A DNA stretch of 64,000 bases from Mustelus asterias (GCF_964213995.1 NC_135830.1:9672001-9736000), one strand, 5' to 3'. Positions 48,755 to 60,250 are shown, counted from the first letter of the stretch. The notes: generated by a model from the sequence alone, not told the origin. Program-made: numbers and translations.

Positions 48755-49100
48755 ACCTCTCCCTCGGTCACACCCCGGCCTCACCCTCACTCCCTCCCTG
48801 GCCTCTCCCTCGATCCCTCCCTGGACTCTCCCTCGGTCACTCCCCGGCCTCTCCCTCGGTCACTCCCCGGCCTCACCCTCGATCCCTCCCCAGCCTCACC
48901 CTCGATCCCTCCCTGGCCTCTCCTTCGGTCAGTGCACGGCCTCTCCCTCGGTCACTCCCCGGCCTCTCCCTCGGTCAGTGCACGGCCTCTCCCTCGATCC
49001 CTCCCCGTCCTTTCCCTCGGTCACTCCCCGGCCTCTCCCTCGGTCACTCCCGTCCTTTCCCTCGATCCCTCCCCGGCCTCTCCCTCGGCCAGTGCACAGT
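48755..49100. repeat. 23-bp pyrimidine-rich minisatellite, about 15 variant units
   Basis: GGCCTCTCCCTC followed by GGTCACTCCCC, GATCCCTCCCC or GGTCAGTGCAC. Confidence 0.85.
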
Positions 49101-50862
49101 CTTTCTCTCGTAATCCTGAACATTTTTTTTTCTCTTCAGATAATTATTGAGTTGTGTTTTGAAATCTTGTTTGAACCTTCCTCCTCCCCACACTGGGTCA
49201 GTGCACGCCGGGTTCTAACCACTCACTCTGGAAACAGGATTTCCTCAAATCACCATTGCTTATTTCACAAATCACCTTTAATCTGTGTCCTCTGCTTCTT
49301 GACCTTTTTGCCAATCAGAATAGTTTCTTCCGATCTACTCTGTCCAAATCCCTCTTGATTTTGAATATTTCTATCGAACCTCCTCTTCTCTATAGAGATC
49401 AGCCCCAGCTTTGCCGATCTACCCTCATAACTGAAGTTTCTCATCCCTGGAACCAGTCCCATGAATTTTTTCTGCATCCTCTACAATGTCTTGACCTCCT
49501 TCCTATAGCGATCTATCCGGAGTTGGCCACAATGCTCCAGTTGAAGCTGAACCAATGTTTTATTCTGGTTCATCACAACTTCCTTGTTATTCTCGAGTAT
49601 TTGGACATCAGCCTTTCTCCTGTCAATATACAGCTGCCTTATGGGGTTGTGGTCACACATTTGAAAGAGCTGCCCATCAGCCCCACTCCCCTCCCCTTTC
49701 CCCAGAGCCCTGCTAACTTTACCTTCAACTGGAGATCCAATTCACTTCAGAAAGATGTATCTGAATCTGCTTCCATCCCCTTTCAGGCAGAACATTCCAG
49801 AACAGAATTAATTGAGAAATGAATGCCCCCAGTGGATTTTTCCCAATTATTTGATGCGACGTATTTAATTGTTGATCTTCTGTTTAATACATTTCCAGAG
49901 CAGATTTAAGGGAAAATGTTCATGACATCTCAGAGATGAACCACACGAAACACTGTCTGTTTGAAACAAAGCTGATTTATTTGATGCATTAAAATATTAA
50001 ACTCCAGCCACATTACAGGAGTTAACATCAGCAAAATAAAGGCCAGAATTAATGTGATTCAATCCTAAATATGATCAACAGCAGCAACAAAAGCAGAATC
50101 CAACTCCTCTAGAGACACTGTCTGAGAGTCAGTGCAGACTCGATGGGCTGAATGGCCTCCTTCTGCACTGTAGGGATTCTATGAAAAGTAAAGTCAAGAT
50201 TAAAATAAATAAAGATTCTTCAGCTAGTCACTAATCAGCCTTTTCCATTTTCCTGAAGTCACCTTATAATTATTTATCTCCTAAATTTGATGAATTAAAC
50301 ATTGTCTGCAATTATATGATAAATTATCGGTTTTATACAAATTAATGAATCATGTCTTACTTTATAGTTGGATGATGCAGTGACCAGAACTGTGCTCAGT
50401 ATTCTAGCTGTGTTCTAACTCGTCTTTTATCAGTTCTAACATAATCTCCCTGCTCTTATATTCCAGGCCTCAGACAGGAAAGTGTCCCAAATGCCTCCTT
50501 GACCATCTGATCTACATGTGCAGCCATCTTCAGGGATCAGTGGATATGCACTCCAAAGTCCTTCTGTTCCTCTATAATTCTCAACATCATCCCATGTTCA
50601 TTCCCTTGTCTTGTTTACTCTCCCAAATTCAATCTCTCTCATTGATCCAGATTGAATTCTATTTGCTATTTTTGTGTTGACGAACCCCCCAGTCCATTAA
50701 TATCTTCCTGCTGTCCACAGCTTTATTCCTCATCGTCAACCATGGGAGCAACTTTTGTATCAGATGCAAACTTAGCAATCATTTTCCACACAGTTGAGCC
50801 AAAATTATTGACACATACCAGAAAACTGTGAACACCGCTGGAAACAGGCATCTTGGCATCAT

Positions 50863-52011
50863 TCAGTCCTGGGTGTGATTAACAGCAGCAATAACAGCAG
50901 AATCCAACCCTTGCTGTTGCCTGTGAACTTGCTGGTGTTTCAGCAGGTTGTTTGACTGAGCGAATCCCTTCCCACACATGGAGCAGTTGAACGGCCTTAC
51001 CCCAGTGTGAACTCGCTGGTGTTTCAGCAGATTCTGTTTACTTTTAAATCTCTTCTCACAATCAGAACACTCAAAAGGTCTCTGGTCAGTGTGAACAAGT
51101 TGGTGTGTAGTCAGGTGGGATGACTGAGTGAATCTCTTGCCGCACAGGGGGCAAGTGTAAGGTCTCTCTCCAGTGTGAACTCGCCGGTGTATCAGAAGGT
51201 CAGATGCATCAATGAATTCCTGACAACACACAGGGCAGGTGAATGGCCTCTCCCCAGTGTGAACTCGATGGTGTCTCAGAAGGTGAGCTAATCGAGTGAA
51301 TCCCTTCCCACAGAGAGAGCAGATGAATGGTCTCTCCCCAGTGTGAGTGTGCTGGTGTTTCAGAAGATCCTTTTTGCTTTTAAATGTTTTATCACATTCA
51401 GAACAATTGATAGGTCTCTGATCAGTGTGAACAAATCGATGTTTCAGGAGCTGGGATGAACAAGTGAATCCCTTCCCACACACGGAGCAGATGAACGGCC
51501 TCTCCCCAGTGTGAGTGCGCTGATGAATCAATAAATCCTTTTTACTTTTAAAGTTCTTCTCACAGTCAGAACATTGAAATGGTCTCTGATCAGTGTGAAC
51601 ACTTTGGTGTGTCAGGAGGTGGGATGACTGAGTGAATCCATTCCCACACACGGAGCAGATGAAAGGCCTCTCCCCAGTGTGAGTGCGTTGGTGAATCAAC
51701 AAATCCTTTCTGCTTTTAAAGCTCTTCCCACACTCACAACATTTAACCGGTCTCTGATCAGAGTGAACCTGGTGGTGAGTCCGGAGGTTTGATAAAGCAT
51801 TAAATCCCTTTCCACATTGAAGACAGGTGAATGGCCTCTCACCAGTATGGACATGTTGGTGTGTGTACAGGCTGGATGACTGAGTGAATCCCTTCCCACA
51901 CACAGAGCAGGTGAATGGTCTCTCCCCAGTGTGAATACGTCGATGGGTTTCCAATTCAGATGGGTAATTGAATCCCGTCCCACAGTCCGCACATTTCCAC
52001 GGTTTCTCCAT
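50863..52011 (-). CDS. C2H2 zinc-finger protein J, 13 fingers plus [16 protein letters not shown] tail
   Basis: Intact 382-aa ORF from ATG (MEKPWKC). Confidence 0.9.
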   Translation of the reverse strand: MEKPWKCADCGTGFNYPSELETHRRIHTGERPFTCSVCGKGFTQSSSLYTHQHVHTGERPFTCLQCGKGFNALSNLRTHHQVHSDQRPVKCCECGKSFKSRKDLLIHQRTHTGERPFICSVCGNGFTQSSHLLTHQSVHTDQRPFQCSDCEKNFKSKKDLLIHQRTHTGERPFICSVCGKGFTCSSQLLKHRFVHTDQRPINCSECDKTFKSKKDLLKHQHTHTGERPFICSLCGKGFTRLAHLLRHHRVHTGERPFTCPVCCQEFIDASDLLIHRRVHTGERPYTCPLCGKRFTQSSHLTTHQLVHTDQRPFECSDCEKRFKSKQNLLKHQRVHTGVRPFNCSMCGKGFAQSNNLLKHQQVHRQQQGLDSAVIAAVNHTQD

Positions 52012-52137
52012 GATTATTGACAGGCTATCGGGTGTAGGCGGGATGCAGATTTGAGCTCACTATCAGATCAGCCATGATGTTATTAAATGGCGGAACTGGC
52101 CCGTGGGGCCGAATGGCCTATTGCTGCTCCTTGTTCA
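52012..52137 (+). mobile_element. CR1 3'-UTR fragment inserted at the start codon of gene J
   Basis: GATCAGCCATGAT...AATGGCGGA...GGCCGAATGGCCTA; CATG duplicated at both ends. Confidence 0.75.
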
Positions 52138-53091
52138 CATGGTGCCGGTGTCCTCATGTCTCTCCAGGTTATAGAATCAGTTGAAACCAGGTCCACACAA
52201 AGAACACGTGTACGGTGTCTACCTGATGTAAATGTGCTATTTCTTTTCACACTGTGTGACTGGTTAAAGCTCTGTTCCAGCTGACTGTGGAAAAATAACT
52301 GAGATGTCTGTGTCTCGGGGCTTTTCCAGTCACACTGATGTTGAATAATTTCCCAAAGACAAAATAGGCAAACGTTTCTCCTTCCACATTCATAGGCCTT
52401 TGATATTCAGATCCTGAAGAATCATGTGACACTGTCAGATCCCGAGATGTTTGGTTTGAATCGCCCGTCTGCAGATATTCTGGAAAAGGAGTTTACATTG
52501 AATTACTTTGAATACACAAGACATAAACAAGCCATTCAGTTCAACTCTTTATACTTGACACATCTTCTCCTGTCCCATAGACCTCATCTCAGCCTTTCAA
52601 TTGATTTTTCTATTTCTTTTTCTCTCGTGTGCTTCTCTCATTTTCTTTTGAAACAATCTCAGCACTTTCCTCAACTCATTTCTATGGTGATTCTAAACCT
52701 GTGAGTGAAGAAATTTGTCCTTATTGCCTTCTTGGATTTATTAGTAACTATCTTGTATTTATGACTCTTTGTCTATTGATCGTTCCTTCTTTTAGACTCT
52801 GTCACAAGTGGAACATTCTCTCCACATTTCCCCTGTCCAAGCCACGAATAATTTTAAAGACTTTTATCAGGTCACTGCTCTACAAGAAAAAACTTCAATC
52901 CATTTAATCTTTCCTGAAAGCTGTAATCTCTGTTTACAAACATCATCACAGTCAATGCAGAATAGAAATCACAGACAGACAAACATTTCTCTTGGGGTTG
53001 TGTGAAATTCATCGACTTGTAACCGTGTGTAAAAGCAGTTTTCAAACATCTATCAGTGTCAGTCCACAATAGAAATGCTGAACAGACAATT

Positions 53092-54240
53092 TTCTTTCCT
53101 CCACTCCCAGTTTTCTCCCTCCCTCTCCTCTGTCTGGGTTCAGTTCTCCAGCTCCTGTTTGCAGACTGACAATAAAACCAATGGGTCTTATTGGCGTGTT
53201 GGGGCCTCCAGCGGGTGTTTGTGAATCCTCCCCGCCCACCTCCCAGGGTTTCCTTCCTTCCCAGAGATCAGAGTCCTCATTGATTTGAGGCCAAAGTGTA
53301 ACCTCTTATTTATTGTCCCCATCCTCTGATGTGAACCATCCTCCAGTGGCTGAGCCAGGATGGGGCCGTTAACCTGGGCCTGTTCCCGGGAGGGAGGGAG
53401 GGAGAAGCCCCGCAGCTGCAAACCAGGGAGCTGACAATGATTCTGAAGGGTTTGCGGATCCACAAAGTGTTTCCAAATCCTCCCTAATGTCCAGCTGCCA
53501 GCTCAGTGCTCCCCGGGCCTGTCCCCACAGTAAAGTGGGGGCCTGCGGCCTAGGCCAGAAGTTGGTGCTGTTTCCAGTGCAGCCGTGGTTTCCATTCCCA
53601 CCCTGTGCTCACAATCTCCTCCCGAACCCGCTCCAACACCATGACTGACACTGAGCATGCTCAGAGCGCACACCCACACCACCTGATGTGGAGATGCCGG
53701 TGTTGGACTGGGTGAGTCACCTGATGAAGGGGCGGAGCTCCGAAAGCTCCTGATTCCAAATAAACCTGTTGGACTTTCACCTGGTGTTGTGACTTCTTAC
53801 TGTGCTCACCACACCTGCGCAGTCCGTTCCCAGGCTCCCCAGCGCCTGATCATCTTTGCGCATGCTCCACTCCCAGCCTGGACCCGCCTCTCATTCACTC
53901 CGATTGGTTGGAGGACCAGCCGCTCCGGCTCAGTCCTCCAGACCCGCCCCCTCTTCCTATTGGTCCGGAGCTGCCGTCAATCAGTCCCCGGGCATTGTGA
54001 TGTGGAGCATGCGCAGTGTCATTGCTGTCCTTGGCGCTTGTTTGTCCCGGAGAAGCGGAGTCAGCGTTAGGCGGTGGCTGGGAGGATTTGGAAACACTTT
54101 GTGGATCCGCAGGCGGGAAGGAGCTCGAGCCGGCGGGTTTTCAATGGCCCGGATCCAGAGCCCGAAAGAAAACCGGAAACATAAATGGATCCGGGCGGTG
54201 AGGCTTCATAAACACCCGGTGTCGGCCAGATGCCGGATCT
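53092..54240. promoter_or_regulatory. Rearranged copy of the P1 promoter region between divergent genes J and K
   Basis: 53092-53484 is a direct match to 5696-6102; ~53885-54111 is an inverted match to 6071-6300. Confidence 0.75.
53714..53756 (+). ncRNA. Hammerhead motif in a Penelope-like family 1 fragment (53684-53810)
   Basis: GAGUCAC-CUGAUGA-A-GGGGC-GGA-GCUCC-GAAA-GC-UC-CUGAUUC; one C-C mismatch at the base of stem I. Confidence 0.7.
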
Positions 54241-54241
54241 C

Positions 54242-54798
54242 GGGCAGGGTGACACAGTGGTTAACACTGCTGCTTCACAGCGCCAGGGACCCGGGTTCAA
54301 TTCCCAGCCTGGGTCACTGTCTGTGCGGAGTCTGCACATTCTCCCCGTGTGATGCGCTATCAATAAGGCGAAAGACTACTGATATGCCAATATAAGTGTA
54401 GGCTTTTATTCACAACAGAATCAGGAGCAGATCCCAACAAATAACCGACCTGGACTAAACAATAGGGAGGAGACAGCCACCTTTATACTAGGTGCTGAGG
54501 GGAGGACCCAAACTGGAAGGGGATGTGTCCAGGTATGACAAGCACACACAACGGTGGTCCATATAGGACAAAGGCACAATTGAGGTCCACCACACCGTGT
54601 CTGCGTGGGTTTCCTCCGGGTGCTCCGGTTTCCTCCCACAGTCTGAAAGACGTGCTGGTTCGGGTGCATTGACCCGTGCTAAATTCTCCCTCAGTGTAAC
54701 CCGAACAGGTGCCGGAGTATGGCGACTAGGGGGATTTCACAGTAACTTAATTGCAGTGTTAATGTAAGCCTACTTGTGACACTAATAATTAAACTTTA
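54242..54798 (+). mobile_element. V-SINE-like SINE with an alternative tail, interrupted by a solo LTR; second copy at 55022-55270
   Basis: Same head and core; tail CAGTGTTAATGTAAGCCTACTTGTGACACTAATAA. Confidence 0.8.
54350..54594 (-). mobile_element. Solo LTR, 245 bp
   Basis: TG...CA termini, 5-bp TSD CCGTG (54345-54349, 54595-54599), minus-strand TATAAA followed by AATAAA. Confidence 0.8.
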
Positions 54799-55274
54799 AT
54801 CCCTCAATTTGCGAGGCAAAATCCTCAGACGTTAACATCTGCCACCTTTATTAAGGGCAAAACCAAACGGATAACCCAAATGGATTTTTGTAAACAGCAG
54901 ACAAAAACATCAGAGATAGAGTTTGTTGTGAAATCAGTGGATTGTAAAACAGGAGGTCAGAGTTACAGCCAGCAACAATTTCTATTTATAACATCATAAA
55001 TCATCCCAGTGCACTTCACACAGGTGGCACAGTGGTTAGCACTGCTGCCTCACAGCGCCAGGGTTCAATTCCCGGCTTGTGTCACTGTGGAGTTTGCATG
55101 TTCTCCCCGTGTCTGCGTGGGTTTCTTCCAGGTACTACAATTTCCTCACGCAGTTGTAGGTGCATTGACCCAAACAGGTGCCGGAGCGTGACAACTAGGG
55201 GAATTTCACAGTAACTTCATTGTAGTGTTAATGTAAGTCTTAATAAGTCTGTGACTAATACATAAACTTTAAGG

Positions 55275-56020
55275 AACATTATCAAACAAAGTGAGATTCC
55301 CAGATACATCAGGAGATATCAGGACAGATGACCAAAAACTTGGACAAGGAGGTGAGTTTTAAAGAGAGTCTTAAAGGAGGAAAGTGAGGTAGAGACAGAG
55401 AGATGTAGGGAGGGAATTCAGATCCTGGGACTGAAGAACTGAACCTACGACCACCAGTGCTGGAGCAATTATTGTAGGGAATGTACAAGAGGCCAGAATT
55501 AGAGCAGCACTGATATCTCGGATGGTTGTGGGAAGGTTACGGAGATCGGGAGGGCTGAAGCCATGGAAGGATTTGAAAACAAGGATGAGAATTTTATAAT
55601 CAAGGTATTGCATGACTGAGAGCCAAGGCAAGTCTGGGAGGACAGGGGTGATCAGGGAACAGGACTTGCTGTTAATTAGGAAAGTGGTAGCAGACTTTTG
55701 GATGACTTCACCTTTCCACGGGTAAAATGTGGGAGACCTGCAAGAGTGCGATGGAACAGTTGAGTTTGGAGGTAACAATGGCCTGAATGAGGGTTTGAGT
55801 GCCAGATGCACTGAGGTAGAGCTGAGGTCATGTGATGTTACCGAGGTGGAAATAGGTGGTCCCAGAAACCTGGGATCAAATGGGACACCGAGGTTATGAA
55901 CAAACTGGCTTAATTTCAGACATTTGCCAGGAAGAGGGATTGAGTGGATTGCAAAGGAACAAGACTTGGAAGGGGGACCAAAAACAGTGGCTTCAGTATT
56001 CTTGATATTTAATTGAGGTT
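55275..56020 (-). mobile_element. Degenerate L2-clade LINE 3' region
   Basis: ITPVL..L.WL.V....YKILILVFKS.HG..P..L motif typical of the L2 ORF2 C-terminus. Confidence 0.65.
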
Positions 56021-56825
56021 AATTAGTCAGCAGAAAGAGAACCAGAAAGCAGAATGGGCCCCGAGACTGAAACCAGGTTTAACTTAGTTAGAGAGGGCGG
56101 TTTAGAGAAACCCCCTTCACAATTTCTCATCAAATCTCTAAACAGTCAGTTCTGGACACAAAGTTACCATCTGCTATTCTGACTGATCGGGTCAGGGTGA
56201 TTCAGATTGATGTTTTCTCATGTTTTTTGAATGAAGTGAATCATCAAAAATACTATCTCTAGTTGTACACATTTTTTAAAAGGATACTGAAATAATTATC
56301 TGTCAATTTATTTGGATTTCAGTTCAGGGAGGAGGGAGAGTGTGTGGGATGGGGATCTGCAACTGTGGGGTTTCGAGAGGAAAAAATTCCAGAGAAACTA
56401 GAATTGTCTGTTGAGAATTTCTATCCTGGACTGTCAGTGATGAGTTTTATTGACGGTTTTTACAGGTATTAGAAGTTGAGGATTGCAGACGGGAATCTCA
56501 AACCAGACATCACATCAAGATCTGACAGAATCACTTGATTCATTAGGACCTGGATATCATCATACTTGGAATGTGGAAGGAGAAATCTTTGTTTGTTTTG
56601 TCTGTGGGAAAAGATTTCAAACATCAGTGTGACTGGAAAAGCACCGAGACACTCACACACCCGAGTGAGAGTGTTCCAGTGAACTGACTGGAAAGAGCTT
56701 TAACCAGTTACACAGCCTGAAAAAAACATCACCATTCACAGAGGGGAGAAACTGTACACGTGTTGTGTGTGTGGACGAGGCTTCAACTGATCATCAACCT
56801 GGAGAGAGATGATGACACCGACACC

Positions 56826-57498
56826 ACGGAGAAACCGTGGATATGTGGGGACTGTGGGAAAGCATTCACTTGCCCATCCAAACTGGAAACTCATCGACGC
56901 ACCCACACTGGGGAGAGACCTTTCACCTGCTCCATGTGTGGGAAGGATTTCACTCAGTCATCCAACCTGGTATTACATCAGTGTGTTCACACTGGAGAGA
57001 GGCCGTTCAGCTGCTCTGTGTGTGGGAAAAGGTTCATTCAGTCATACAATCTAGCGTTACACCAGCGGGTTCACACTGGGGAGAGGCCGTTCACCTGCTC
57101 CGTGTGTGGGAAGGGATTCATTAATTCCTCTAACCTAGTGGCACACCGGCGAGTTCACACCGGGGAGAGGCCATTCACCTGCTCCGTATGTGGAAAGGGA
57201 TTCACTCGGTCATCCCACCTATTGACACACCAGCTTATTCACACTCGGGAGAGACCTTTTAAATGCTCAGACTGAGAAGTGCTATAAAAGTTCTGGTGAA
57301 CTGATGTCCCATCAACGTGTTCACACTGATGAGAGACCGTTCAGGTGCTCTCACTGTGAGGCTGGGTTCAGGCGATCATGTAGCCTCATTGTCCATCAGC
57401 GAGTTCACACCGGAGAAAGGCCATTCACCTGCTCCGAGTGTGGGAATGGATTCACTCAGTCATCCTACCTGCTTAAACACCAAAGAATTCACAAGTAA
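56826..57498 (+). pseudogene. C2H2 zinc-finger array K, 8 fingers, start ATG>ACG and frameshift
   Basis: accACG-GAGAAACCGTGG at 56826; 5 intact fingers, then a 2-nt loss (GAC TGA GAAG) giving a stop at 57275, then 2 more intact fingers; acceptor at 56465/56466. Confidence 0.82.
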
Positions 57499-60114
57499 CA
57501 CAGTGATTGGAATCTGCTGTTAATCCTGTCCATGACTGTAATATGTTCATTGGGTTTGTTTTTGTTGATGTTAATGAACTCCAGCCAGTTGTACTGTTTA
57601 ACATTCTGAATAAAAGTCAAATAAATTATCTTTGTGTTCAATGCTATGTTGAATCTTTTTAATATCATCAACACAATTGAATTCCTTTTGTGGTGCTCTC
57701 CCGTTGATCTTCCTCTATCTTCACCTCCCCACAAGTGCTCATGGAGGAGAAACTCATGATCTTCTTTGTCACTAGGATTGGGACAATCCAATCAGCTGCC
57801 TCTGCTGCTTCCCTCCTTCCCCTAACCCACTGAACCAAACCTCCTCTAACGCTCCCTTTTGCCTGCGCTCTGAACTCTGAACTCTGATCTTTCTGCAGTT
57901 TCTCTCCCACCTCCCCTCGTGTCCTCTTAGAGCTCATCTTGTCGATGAGTCCCATCTCCTGATCCTTCAGTCCTATTCCCACTGAACTACTGACAGCACG
58001 ACTTCTCCATAATAGCTGCTATTGTTAATAGCTCCCTCCTTCAAATCCAATATCATCATCCACTTCTCTCCAAAATATCCTTGACACATGCCCTTGTAAA
58101 CTACCATTCAATCTCCCCTTCCTCATATTGTGAATTGTTGTACCTTTCTCACAGGTGTATAGAAAAGTTTATTTTGTTTGTTCAGAATCTGTGGAATTTT
58201 GTGCCTTTATTCACTTGTGAAGTATCTTGAATATCCACCTTTATCTATTTTATACAAACTCATCCAAATCTAAAAGCAGTTTAGTGGGAATTGGGTGAAT
58301 GGAACAGAAGGTGGGTCTCCTGGACACGATGAGCTGCTGAGAGGAGATAGAGTGTTACAATCCCAGCTGATGTTACTATTGGACAGGAAGTCCCAGAATA
58401 TAACCCTGGCTCAAGTGACCATAACTTTTACCTTTTTGTTTTAGAAATGTGGATGAACAGAGTCACTGGACGGCCAATTAGCTTTTAACAAAACATCTAT
58501 TAAACATGAAAAGATTGACAATAACTGAAGACTTTTTCATCCCACCCTCCTCCTGCTGCAGCGAACACAGTGAGGGAGCTCCCTCTTGTGGTGCTGTGAG
58601 ATAATTGGTCTCTACCTGGGAGATCACTGAATTCTCAGATGACGAAAGGATCTTATTGGAGAATTGTGCTGCCGTAATTTTCTTGTTGCTATTATTTTTC
58701 ATTTTAATATACTTTAATACAGATGGACCTATTCACAAATCGATAACAATCTCAGAAACAGTAACAGGCAAACTCGCAGACACACAAACACATTGACAGA
58801 CACTGGGAAACTCACAAACATATCTCTAGATATACATAATCTCAGACAAACATCTACAGGCAAACTGGCAGACAAACACATTCACAGACATGCAGACGAA
58901 AAAATATTCAGACTTACACAAACACATGCACAGACATACACATTATCACACACACTCTCACAAACACGGAGACTGAGACCATGAAGGGTTGATGTTAATG
59001 TCATTCTAATATCCACCTGCTGGACACTAAAATAATAACAGAAGCAAATCTGAGGCTCAGTGTGTGGGTTTTACTATGAAATGAGATAATGTATAAATAT
59101 ATCCCCTATTGCTCAGGGTGGGAGTGGAATTGATGATTTATCTGCTGTCTGTGATTGCCTTGAACAAATAGTAAATTGTAGAGATTATAAAGTTTGAATT
59201 GTAATATCTAATGGTGTAAAGTATCTGGGAGCAGAGTGGATGTGGTAAAGGCTGGAATACAGACTGGGGGAATGAGGGTGAAACTGCTGTGCTGAGTGAA
59301 TGGTTCTTGTTTTAGGGAGGGATGGATGGAGAGAGAGAGAGAGAGAGGAAGTGTGAGGTGGATTGTGGGAGAGATGGATGGATGGGGGTGAATGTGAGAA
59401 GCTGAAGTTTACATTTGAAGAGGTTCCCAGTGCCTCTGAGCAGCTGAACTGGGGAAGCTTTTGGCCAGACTGTGCTGCTGCTGCTGCAGTTTCCCCTGCT
59501 GGCCACGAAGGAACGCTGTAACTCTACCGGCCATTGCTGTTCCCACTGTCACCTCTTGCCGGCTCCAGCCCGCCCGCAGCTCATACAGGAACTCACTGAC
59601 TACAGGAACTCACTGACCAGGAGCGGAGTGGAATTGGAGGTGATCAATGATTCCAAAATGAAACTGGATGGATGATTGAAATTGATTTGAAGGAAATCAA
59701 CTTGCAGGGGAATTGGAATCTAGAAGGGGAATAGGATTGACAGGATTGCTCTACAGAGAGTCGTCATGGACTCGAGTTGCCAACTCGACCTCTAACTATT
59801 GCAGAACATGTTGTAGGAATGAAAGAAAACAGATGCTCACAGGGTTGTAAAAGGATAGAACTGAGTCTAAAACACCAATATGTTTTCATGGTCGTACATT
59901 TAAAATCAGATTATTGGAGATTAAAACTAAACCAATGGCATTGCTAAAGATGTTGGTGTTTCTCCTGCGAAGGTTGCAGCAAAGGAGGAAGCTTGTCAGA
60001 AATCAGTACCTTCTAATGTATTTATGATGGGTGAAAATAGAGACATGAGGGATTATGAAGGAATTGTAAATTCCACCTTGTCCTATACAGTATATAACAC
60101 ATTTTTCTTCTCTT

Positions 60115-60250
60115 TAGTTCTGAAAGAGTCACACAGATTTGAAACATTATCTCTATTTTCTTCCTACAGTTGTTGCCAAACCTGCAGAGTTTTTCCAGCA
60201 TTCTCTGTTTTTGTTTCAGAATCCATCATCCACAGAATTTTGCTTTTATG
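60115..60250 (+). mobile_element. Old Penelope-like family 2 terminal fragment
   Basis: CTGAAAGAGTCACACAGATTTGAAACATT...TTTTCCAGCATTCTCTGTTTTTG. Confidence 0.5.

Noticed and set aside
48730-49358. Pro/Ser-rich ORFs
   Set aside because: Translations of the 23-bp minisatellite
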